In this document: positions 57,399 through 64,000 of the stretch, in pieces
How positions within the stretch are numbered: position 1 is the first letter of the stretch
How the letters are laid out: each line of letters opens with the position of its first letter
Virus record (IMG/VR): IMGVR_UViG_3300042731_007874
From: a virus
Strand: one strand, 5' to 3'
Length of the DNA: 64,000 nt
Position numbers and translations under genes: made by a program
Notes under the pieces: generated by a model
The model's database searches: none
Seen by the model: the letters and a program-made list of their open reading frames with translations, nothing else
What the model was told of the DNA's origin: nothing

Positions 57399-57824
57399 TT
57401 AGTCTTCTATGACCTTAACAAAAGTTAATTTCCTGCAGACTGCTTCTTTAAAGTTATATTCTGGGTTGTCATAATAATTTTCAACAGCAACAATATCTTT
57501 TTTCTCAACTCTGAATTTTACGATTGTGCTAAAAAAACCTTTAGATCTTTTAGCTTTTTCCAAACCAGTGTAGACATGAAGCCCTTTATTAATTTCTCTG
57601 TTTGTTAATTCTTCTTCAGTTGGTTCTGAATCTCTATTCACCTGAAAGACTTTTCCTTTTCTAAAATCCCAGATAAAACCGTTATGAAACCAAGATCTAT
57701 AAAAATCTTCGTTTTGTTGTTTTTTTAAAACTTTGTAAACATAAGTAAATTTGGTTCTATTCCCAAACCACTTCTTTAGATCTCTTTCGTTTTCTTCTTG
57801 ATCTAAGCTAATTAACAAACACAT
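57399..57824 (-). CDS. MCL-family paralog 6
   Basis: Same conserved blocks. Confidence 0.85.
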   Translation of the reverse strand: MCLLISLDQEENERDLKKWFGNRTKFTYVYKVLKKQQNEDFYRSWFHNGFIWDFRKGKVFQVNRDSEPTEEELTNREINKGLHVYTGLEKAKRSKGFFSTIVKFRVEKKDIVAVENYYDNPEYNFKEAVCRKLTFVKVIED

Positions 57825-57828
57825 ATTC

Positions 57829-58359
57829 TTACTTCTTAGTAAACAATTGGTTTATTCTTTCTTTTGCCAGATCCAAATTTATAGGTTCTTTTGGTATTAA
57901 ATCATTATCTTTATATTTATTAGAAAGAGAATCTAATAAATAAGGAAGTTTTTGAAGAAATAGGTCTCTTATCTGAAGTGATGGTTCTACTGATTTTAGT
58001 TGGGCGATTACTCGAAGTCTAGTTTCTTGTTCTGATGGAATTTTTAATATAACTGGAAAAACATCTTGTTGAGATATTTTAATATATCTATTAATAAGTT
58101 TATTACATCCACTTGATTCTAAAATAAAGAGATGTTTTTTTTGTGCAGCCTTATTGATTGCTATTTTCAGGATAGTATCAATGGAAAGTTGGTGTTTATA
58201 ATATAAGCTAGTATTAAATATTCCATTCTTTGTGATTTCAAGAGGAATATAAAAATCTTCTAATATATCCCAGCTGCTTATATCATCATGTTCTTTTTTA
58301 AGTTCTTTTATTAGAGTACTTTTTCCAGAACAGGGAGATCCAATCAAATGTACAATCAT
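57829..58359 (-). CDS. P-loop nucleotide kinase-like protein
   Basis: N-terminal Walker A GSPCSGKST, ILESSG. Confidence 0.75.
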   Translation of the reverse strand: MIVHLIGSPCSGKSTLIKELKKEHDDISSWDILEDFYIPLEITKNGIFNTSLYYKHQLSIDTILKIAINKAAQKKHLFILESSGCNKLINRYIKISQQDVFPVILKIPSEQETRLRVIAQLKSVEPSLQIRDLFLQKLPYLLDSLSNKYKDNDLIPKEPINLDLAKERINQLFTKK

Positions 58360-58369
58360 TTTTTCTCTC

Positions 58370-59101
58370 TTATACTAATACTCTATAAAGATTTATTACT
58401 AATTTAGAAATCTGATTTCTAATATCAAATTCTCCTTCTTCCTCTTTCTTTAACTCTTTAATCTCATCAAGGAATATTGCTTTTATTATATTTGATGTAT
58501 AACTAGCTTTTTCTTTTAGTATTTTTTCTTCAATTTTATGAAGAGCTTGAGGATGTGAAAAATTTAGCCCTGAGAAGTCAAAAACATCTCCCCATTCAGG
58601 ATTAACATTTGGTTCATATCTCTTTAGTTTATTAAAGATATATGCGGCTCTCCAGTCTAGGAAGCAATCTGATTGTGGAATATATTTCTTATATCGTAAA
58701 ATTAGTTCTTGAAGAAAAGTAATAATCTCGGTAAGAGATTCGTCTTCATAAAGATGATCATAAAAACATGGAATTATATGATCCTCTGAAACTACTGAAC
58801 CTCCGGTCCAAGAAACCCAACCTCTCAATTCTTGAAAGAAAATTGTAGAGGTAGAAGATGGATTAATCTCAATAGGAATATAGATTTTATCGTCAGTATA
58901 TGGATCTAGAATTGTCTCTACAGAATCTAGATAGATACAGAAAAGTTCTAGCTTCTCTGATTCATATCCATAAATCCTTTTTCCATATGGATAGATTCCA
59001 AGAACATGTTGTCCAAGATTCTCTTCTAAAAGAAGATCTTGAGCTAAGTCACAATTCTCTTTCCATGTGTCTAAAGGCAATCCTAGATACATATCTTTCA
59101 T
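58370..59101 (-). CDS. Pol-beta-like nucleotidyltransferase-like protein, catalytic motif degenerate
   Basis: YG.R.YG...S.K.E..CIY aligns loosely with GS..YG...SDxD. Confidence 0.4.
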   Translation of the reverse strand: MKDMYLGLPLDTWKENCDLAQDLLLEENLGQHVLGIYPYGKRIYGYESEKLELFCIYLDSVETILDPYTDDKIYIPIEINPSSTSTIFFQELRGWVSWTGGSVVSEDHIIPCFYDHLYEDESLTEIITFLQELILRYKKYIPQSDCFLDWRAAYIFNKLKRYEPNVNPEWGDVFDFSGLNFSHPQALHKIEEKILKEKASYTSNIIKAIFLDEIKELKKEEEGEFDIRNQISKLVINLYRVLV

Positions 59102-59109
59102 TTTATCTC

Positions 59110-59457
59110 CTAGAAAGGTATATCGTCACCTAATATTTGAGGCTCTTTGTCTGGTTTTGTTTCTTCTTTTGTCATGGCATTATAATAAACTCTTACTTCT
59201 CCAGAAATATATTCTAAGAACTTAATAGCATCATCATTCTTTTTGGTATAAAAGAACAAAGTATTCTGCCAATTTCCTTTCGAGTCTTTTATTGATGGAG
59301 CGCTAACTTGAATAGTTCCATCATTATCGGCAAACAACTTCCAACCTGGAATTGTTACAGCAACATCTCCATCCTTACGGAAAGCGAAGTCGACCGAAGC
59401 AAAACCTCGAAGCTTACCAGATTCATGCTTCTTTATCTTTACATTCTTTACAAACAT
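59110..59457 (-). CDS. SpoVG-like nucleic-acid-binding protein with an SSB-type acidic tail
   Basis: VKI.....KLRGFASV.F....I.G.KL.....G..V..PS.K...G.W; ends GDDIPF. Confidence 0.7.
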   Translation of the reverse strand: MFVKNVKIKKHESGKLRGFASVDFAFRKDGDVAVTIPGWKLFADNDGTIQVSAPSIKDSKGNWQNTLFFYTKKNDDAIKFLEYISGEVRVYYNAMTKEETKPDKEPQILGDDIPF

Positions 59458-59483
59458 TTTTCCTCCTAATTTCCTAAATATAT

Positions 59484-60293
59484 TTAGGATGTTAAAGTTT
59501 CTAGTTGACTGACAATCTCATCTAATTTTTGTTTATATTCTTCTTTGTCTTTATTATAATCTTTAATATAATTTTCTTTTCTCTCTATAGAACTTTCTAG
59601 ATCTGCTTTTTTTCTCATTAAAAATCTTTTCTTTTTGGTAGGATCTAGTTTTATTTCATACTCTTTTTCTAGCTCTAGATGTGATTCATGATAATTCTTT
59701 TCTTTATTTACTAGTTTCTGCGCATAACTAATAGCTTCTTTTAATGTATTGCACGGCATAAAAGAAGTAGATGAACCAGATGCGTCATAATACTCTCCTA
59801 AACCAAAAGTAAACGTTCCGTCATCTCTACCAAAAATAGAAACCAATCGGAGTTCAGGATAGCCTTTACAAACTTCTTTCTCTTTCCAATCTTCTTTAGT
59901 TAGAATTTGAATACTATATCCGCCTTGCACTATATATTTATAAGTTCCTGTTAAATATCTGGTAAGCTTATTTAAGGCTTCTTTATTTAGGTTTTTAGAA
60001 GTTTTCTTAAGATAAGATAGCTTTTCTCTTACAACACTAGATTCTTTTGTTAAAATATTAGTTTCGCTTTCTAGATGCGCTTTTACTTGGTTATATCTAT
60101 GTTGTAATTCCTTGATTCTTCTATCTTCCCAAGTTTCAATAGGTTCGTCAAGTAAGTTGTTTGCGACAAAGTTCTTACCTGAAGGAAATTCTTTCTCACC
60201 TGAAACTAGGATTTCTTGAACTATAAATTCAGTTTCATTGATTTGTGAAATAACTGCTACTTTTTTACCGTCTCTTAAATACTTTGTTTTCAT
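59484..60293 (-). CDS. Hypothetical phage protein, coiled-coil rich
   Basis: SD AGGAG; KYL.DG.KV.V pattern. Confidence 0.6.
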   Translation of the reverse strand: MKTKYLRDGKKVAVISQINETEFIVQEILVSGEKEFPSGKNFVANNLLDEPIETWEDRRIKELQHRYNQVKAHLESETNILTKESSVVREKLSYLKKTSKNLNKEALNKLTRYLTGTYKYIVQGGYSIQILTKEDWKEKEVCKGYPELRLVSIFGRDDGTFTFGLGEYYDASGSSTSFMPCNTLKEAISYAQKLVNKEKNYHESHLELEKEYEIKLDPTKKKRFLMRKKADLESSIERKENYIKDYNKDKEEYKQKLDEIVSQLETLTS

Positions 60294-60312
60294 TTCCTCT
60301 CCTTTTATTTCC

Positions 60313-61128
60313 TTACCACTCTGATATTTTTAACAGATCTACTAATTTATTATCTTCTACTAAAAACATAGTCTCCCAGTGTGTAGAAGATTTACCATTT
60401 ACTGTTTTAATAGACCAATTATCTTTATTGTCTATATAAGCATCTACTATTTTTACTTTAGAATCATTTTTTTCTTTTTCTACATAAACCGGCTCTATAC
60501 AAAAAACTATTCCGTCAAAAAGTTGATAATTATTCTTATTTATTGGAATATTATATATTTTTGGCGGCTCATGAAGAGAATGTCCAATTCCATGTCCTGC
60601 TATTGAAGCTACAATATCATAACCATAATCGTCTGGGACATAGTAGATTATCTGACTGATGTCTTTTGTTGTTTTAATATTTTTATGTCTACTTAGAAGC
60701 TTAATTGTATCTAATGGCGCGTTTACAAAAGATTGTTTTTGAGGATCTTTACAAACTGTAAAAGCTGCGTCAAAATGAAGACAACTAGGTTTATGAAAGA
60801 TTCCTATATCTATAGAAATAATATCAGTATCTTTAAAAGTATATGGATCTTTTGATTCAATATCTGGAATTCCATGACCTATAGTATCATTAATAGAAAG
60901 ACAGAATGGATATTTAAATTTTTCTCGATATTCATTTTCTTGCCATAAAAAACAATAATCCCATTCATTAACTCTGCTAGGAAGATCTATTAATAATTCT
61001 TCACTATTATTAATTTCTCTTGTAAGAATCTTATCTCTTAGTTCTTTAAGCATTTCTCCAAATAAAGGACCGTACTCTTTATACAACTTTATTTCTTCTT
61101 CTGTCTTCTTATTGGGTAATTTAATCAT
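60313..61128 (-). CDS. map: Methionine aminopeptidase (type I)
   Basis: C.SIND...HGIP, DIG, D.A.T, GHGIG..LHEPP, FCIEP, S.HWE. Confidence 0.9.
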   Translation of the reverse strand: MIKLPNKKTEEEIKLYKEYGPLFGEMLKELRDKILTREINNSEELLIDLPSRVNEWDYCFLWQENEYREKFKYPFCLSINDTIGHGIPDIESKDPYTFKDTDIISIDIGIFHKPSCLHFDAAFTVCKDPQKQSFVNAPLDTIKLLSRHKNIKTTKDISQIIYYVPDDYGYDIVASIAGHGIGHSLHEPPKIYNIPINKNNYQLFDGIVFCIEPVYVEKEKNDSKVKIVDAYIDNKDNWSIKTVNGKSSTHWETMFLVEDNKLVDLLKISEW

Positions 61129-61872
61129 TTATAGAATCTCTTTCTTTACTAATCTTGCTAGTTCTTTTGTTTTCTTTATTCTTCTGTTTGCAAATCTAAA
61201 ATTTGTTAAACATCTACCATTTTTAATAGCTCTTTTTGGCCCCGCGCCATATAAAGACAAAGGCCCTTTCCAACTATTTATAGTTTGCATAGAATCAACA
61301 TCTATCTTACATTCTTGTATCATTGTTCCAAGCCAATGTATACCTAAAAATAAACCTAATTCAAAATCTTTTCTAACTTCTTCTCTAGAAAAACCCATTA
61401 AGGCTCTTCCCCAAGCCTGCATTAACCCAACCTCTCTTCTAGGTTTTTTACCAACTACTGTTGGGTTTACAGAAGATTCTCTATAAACAATGTAGGCAAT
61501 TAATATATGAATGAGTTCATTTTTGGGTAATTCTACTCCTGTTATTTTAACTGTTTTACTATCTTTATTTTGAAACTCTTCTAAAATCTCAACAATAGTT
61601 TCAGCATAAAGTCGGAAATACATTCTTCTATCATCATCAGGCGAAGCACCAGCTTCATCGAAGATTACCGTCCATGTTTCTTCTATCTCTCTGATTTTCT
61701 TCTCTTTCTTAAGTTTCTTATAGTCTTCTTTAATAATAGGTATAATCTCATAATTGTTATAGATATTTCTTGTTGTATTGTTAAAGGTTTCTAATTTAAT
61801 TTCCTGTGGAATTTGGGAATAACCAAAATATAAAAAAACTGCAGTAAGTGCAGTTGCTAAAAGAACTTTCAC
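61129..61872 (-). CDS. Lysozyme-like/lytic transglycosylase protein with an N-terminal signal or TM anchor
   Basis: RESS.NP (catalytic Glu), GLMQ, G..WL, Y..G. Confidence 0.7.
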   Translation of the reverse strand: MKVLLATALTAVFLYFGYSQIPQEIKLETFNNTTRNIYNNYEIIPIIKEDYKKLKKEKKIREIEETWTVIFDEAGASPDDDRRMYFRLYAETIVEILEEFQNKDSKTVKITGVELPKNELIHILIAYIVYRESSVNPTVVGKKPRREVGLMQAWGRALMGFSREEVRKDFELGLFLGIHWLGTMIQECKIDVDSMQTINSWKGPLSLYGAGPKRAIKNGRCLTNFRFANRRIKKTKELARLVKKEIL

Positions 61873-61894
61873 TTATATCACCTCTATATGTTAT

Positions 61895-62554
61895 TTATTG
61901 AATTGTTTGAGAGTAGTTATCAATCCCTTGCGAGATTGCTTTTACTAGAATCTTTCTTTTTTCATCATTAATCATAAACTGAATATCATCTATATCATCA
62001 TGAAACAAAGCCTCTAATAGAATAGAACTTCCTTTACAATTGTTTCTTAAGACAGAATATCTATGTTTGTCTATTTTTCTTACTGGAAGCCCCGTCTGTT
62101 CATGAATGCTTCTTGTTAGCATTTCAGAAAAAATTATGCCATTTGGCGCGGATTCCCAAAAAGAAACACATCCTGTTCCTCTTCCTGCATTCGTATGAAG
62201 ACTAATAAAGATGTCAGCATTGTTTCTATTTGTAAAATCGGTTATCCATTTAGATTGAGACCAAAAAGTTTTTTTCCATTTGTTAGAACAGTCTTTACCT
62301 AACCAAAGAGCTGAATTTCTTTCATCTTCTCTAGTTAAAAGAATAGTATGTTTGTTTTTGAGTTCTTCTCTAATTTCTTTAGCTAAAATAAGAGTCCCTA
62401 AGTCTTCCCTATAATAACCTGGAAGAGAATCTTTAGGACTTGGCTTCATATCATTAAGGATCTCTATTTTACTATTGTTTGTGTTTATTAATGGTCTTGA
62501 ATATTTGTTGTTTTTGTTAAGGCCGTGGCCTGGATTGATTACAATTGTAGACAT
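61895..62554 (-). CDS. N-acetylmuramoyl-L-alanine amidase (Amidase_3)
   Basis: INPGHG, E (zinc ligand), ADIFISLHTNA, VLR, LLE..F. Confidence 0.9.
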   Translation of the reverse strand: MSTIVINPGHGLNKNNKYSRPLINTNNSKIEILNDMKPSPKDSLPGYYREDLGTLILAKEIREELKNKHTILLTREDERNSALWLGKDCSNKWKKTFWSQSKWITDFTNRNNADIFISLHTNAGRGTGCVSFWESAPNGIIFSEMLTRSIHEQTGLPVRKIDKHRYSVLRNNCKGSSILLEALFHDDIDDIQFMINDEKRKILVKAISQGIDNYSQTIQ

Positions 62555-62560
62555 AAGGCT

Positions 62561-62569
62561 ATTTTATCA
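62561..62569 (-). promoter_or_regulatory. Extended -10 promoter (TGnTAAAAT), probably leaderless
   Basis: TGATAAAAT-agcctt-ATG(62554), with no SD. Confidence 0.5.
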
Positions 62570-62589
62570 TAATAAGAGGTTAAGGTCTT

Positions 62590-63018
62590 CTAGTCATCTA
62601 TTACTTTTACGAATTCCAATTTAGTACAAACAAGCTCTGTAAGGTTAAAGCGCGGAGTACGATTATTTTGAATAGCAACAATGTCTTCTCTATTAACCCG
62701 AAACTTTACAACTATCTCAAATAAGTTACCACCACGGACCTCTTTGGCTGTTTTAAGAGAAGCATAAACATGAAAACCTTTTCCGATTTCGCCTATTTTT
62801 AGTTCATCTTTAGTTGGCTTGGCAGGTCTAATTACTTGATATATTTTGGTTTTATTGAAATCCCACTCGAAATTACTATACCAAACAGATTTATAAGAAG
62901 GTGTTTCTGGCCATGTTCGCAAGATCTTATAAACATAGGCAAATTTGGTTCTAGATCCGAACCATCTTTTAAGATCTTTTTCATTCCGATCTTGATCAGA
63001 TTTAATAAATAAACACAT
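62590..63018 (-). CDS. MCL-family paralog 7
   Basis: Same conserved blocks. Confidence 0.85.
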   Translation of the reverse strand: MCLFIKSDQDRNEKDLKRWFGSRTKFAYVYKILRTWPETPSYKSVWYSNFEWDFNKTKIYQVIRPAKPTKDELKIGEIGKGFHVYASLKTAKEVRGGNLFEIVVKFRVNREDIVAIQNNRTPRFNLTELVCTKLEFVKVIDD

Positions 63019-63032
63019 TTTGTTTCTCCCTA

Positions 63033-63263
63033 TTACTTACATATTTCTCTTAGTTCTTTCTTTACTCTTTTAGCAGTTTCTCCTCTCCAAGAACCTGCAT
63101 TTGAAAGAAAATATAAAACTACACTTTTACCAGAATCTGCGTAATAGGAATCTTTAATATCATTTAGGCTAAACATTGCATTCAAATATGGTGCGGCGGC
63201 AAAATTAACTTTCTTCCAGTCGTTTCTGATTTCTCTCGCAATTTCATAAATTGGTCTACTCAT
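63033..63263 (-). CDS. Small hypothetical phage protein
   Basis: SD GGAG; A.EIR.DW...A.PYL.AM...FL.NA..WRG..A pattern. Confidence 0.65.
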   Translation of the reverse strand: MSRPIYEIAREIRNDWKKVNFAAAPYLNAMFSLNDIKDSYYADSGKSVVLYFLSNAGSWRGETAKRVKKELREICK

Positions 63264-63507
63264 TTTTCTCTCCTTTGTTTTTTATCTTGAAGATTTTCTT
63301 AATAATTTCCTCTATTATGAATTCTATTGGCCAAAAAACGAAAGAAATAACTATCATTGGCCAACATAGAAAGGGCAATAAGAAATTTGTAAAATCTTCT
63401 TCATTTAAAGAACTTTTGGTTCTTTCATGTTTAACTAATACACTAGCGATTATAGGTCCTAGTATTATTACAAGTACATAAACGAGAAATAAGATTCCAA
63501 TAAACAT
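63256..63507 (-). CDS. Small membrane protein
   Basis: Two hydrophobic segments. Confidence 0.55.
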   Translation of the reverse strand: MFIGILFLVYVLVIILGPIIASVLVKHERTKSSLNEEDFTNFLLPFLCWPMIVISFVFWPIEFIIEEIIKKIFKIKNKGEKNE

Positions 63508-63561
63508 AGTTTTTGTAATTTTTCCTTAATTGGTCTATTTATTTTTTCTCCTTCGTTTAAA

Positions 63562-63954
63562 TCATTCATATGTTATTATTGTTTTTTCTACAGGAAAAAC
63601 TTCTACAAATTCTGGATCGGAATATTCATATGCAGATTCGTCTTGGGTTTCTGTTGCTCCAACAGAATAATTATCCATAAAGTATTTTCCATCAGATAAA
63701 CGTTTAACTATAATTTCATGAACAATAGACCAGCGTGTATTTTCAATTATAGTGTCTTCAATTGTTTCAAAATCTTTATTTTCTCTCCAGACAAGACTTC
63801 TTCCTTCTTCATTTGTCAAAACTAACTTTTCTCGTTGTCTATTCATTTTATAACTCCTTTTATTATTTATTGAATTACAATAATTACATGTCCAATAGTT
63901 CAAAATTACTGATATTATTAAGAAATTGGTTTTGTGTATTTTTCCATTCTTCAT
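63562..63954 (-). CDS. Hypothetical protein (start may be ATG 63846)
   Basis: SD AGGAG precedes MNRQ; RWS...E......GKYF...Y..GATE.Q motif. Confidence 0.55.
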   Translation of the reverse strand: MKNGKIHKTNFLIISVILNYWTCNYCNSINNKRSYKMNRQREKLVLTNEEGRSLVWRENKDFETIEDTIIENTRWSIVHEIIVKRLSDGKYFMDNYSVGATETQDESAYEYSDPEFVEVFPVEKTIITYE

Positions 63955-63968
63955 CTTTGGTTTGATTA

Positions 63969-63998
63969 AGTATAGTTATGTCTAGAGCATAAAGTCCA
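63969..63998 (-). promoter_or_regulatory. Possible sigma70-type promoter
   Basis: TGGACT-N18-TATACT at the window edge. Confidence 0.35.
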
Positions 63999-64000
63999 CT

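Noticed and set aside
50784-63018. The seven-copy family as a diversity-generating retroelement or CRISPR-like array
   Set aside because: No reverse transcriptase, no near-identical template/variable repeat pair with adenine-specific differences, and no short regularly spaced repeats. The copies are full, diverged genes.
63508-63561. SD followed by ATA AAT AGA CCA ATT, resembling the start of the 63033-63263 gene
   Set aside because: Only about 20 nt of similarity in AT-rich sequence and no start codon; could be a remnant but is not supportable.
1590-63965. Many short opposite-strand or nested ORFs in the track (e.g. 3247-3561, 10572-10796, 24232-24468, 46956-47174, 56402-56701, 61112-61486)
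   Set aside because: They lie antisense to or inside well-supported genes, lack SDs and motifs, and read as shadow ORFs.
1-64000. Genome-wide TAG reassignment (alternative genetic code), suggested by the dnaE amber codon
   Set aside because: Long genes (RNR, primase-helicase, most of DnaE) are intact in the standard code, and several genes end cleanly at TAG (e.g. stops at 27863, 33406, 34891, 35426, 46193).
1-64000. tRNA, rRNA or group I/II intron RNAs
   Set aside because: Intergenic gaps are almost all under 80 nt and I saw no cloverleaf or intron core. A tRNAscan-SE/Infernal run would be needed to exclude them formally.

Overview
Gene-dense, AT-rich segment that reads as part of a large (jumbo-type) bacteriophage genome. 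I saw no rRNA, tRNA or CRISPR array. Bases 1-9658 (+ strand) encode virion/tail-fibre-like proteins and a GT25 glycosyltransferase. Almost everything after ~9600 is on the - strand. It contains: a glycan-synthesis cluster (DegT aminotransferase, sulfotransferase, SGNH protein, methyltransferase, Gmd, four GT9 domains); a sigma-like factor; a replication/recombination set (primase-helicase, DnaE, RecA, Cas4-like and other nucleases); nucleotide metabolism (class II RNR with two inteins, ThyX-like, dCMP deaminase, Nudix, MazG, 5'-nucleotidase, UDG); translation-related enzymes (GGQ release-factor domain, Def, Map); a dispersed ADP-heptose-type pathway; and lysis enzymes. The strongest leads are: (1) a seven-copy ~142-aa paralog family with conserved ends, hypervariable aromatic patches and an ADP-ribosyltransferase-like motif pattern; (2) a protein matching plant Whirly ssDNA-binding proteins motif for motif; (3) a dnaE 5' end with an in-frame TAG plus two extra codons inside the PHP motif, directly after a 16-bp hairpin; (4) a large glycosylation/heptose toolkit beside Ser-rich fibre genes. 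All family assignments come from motif recognition by eye; no searches were run.
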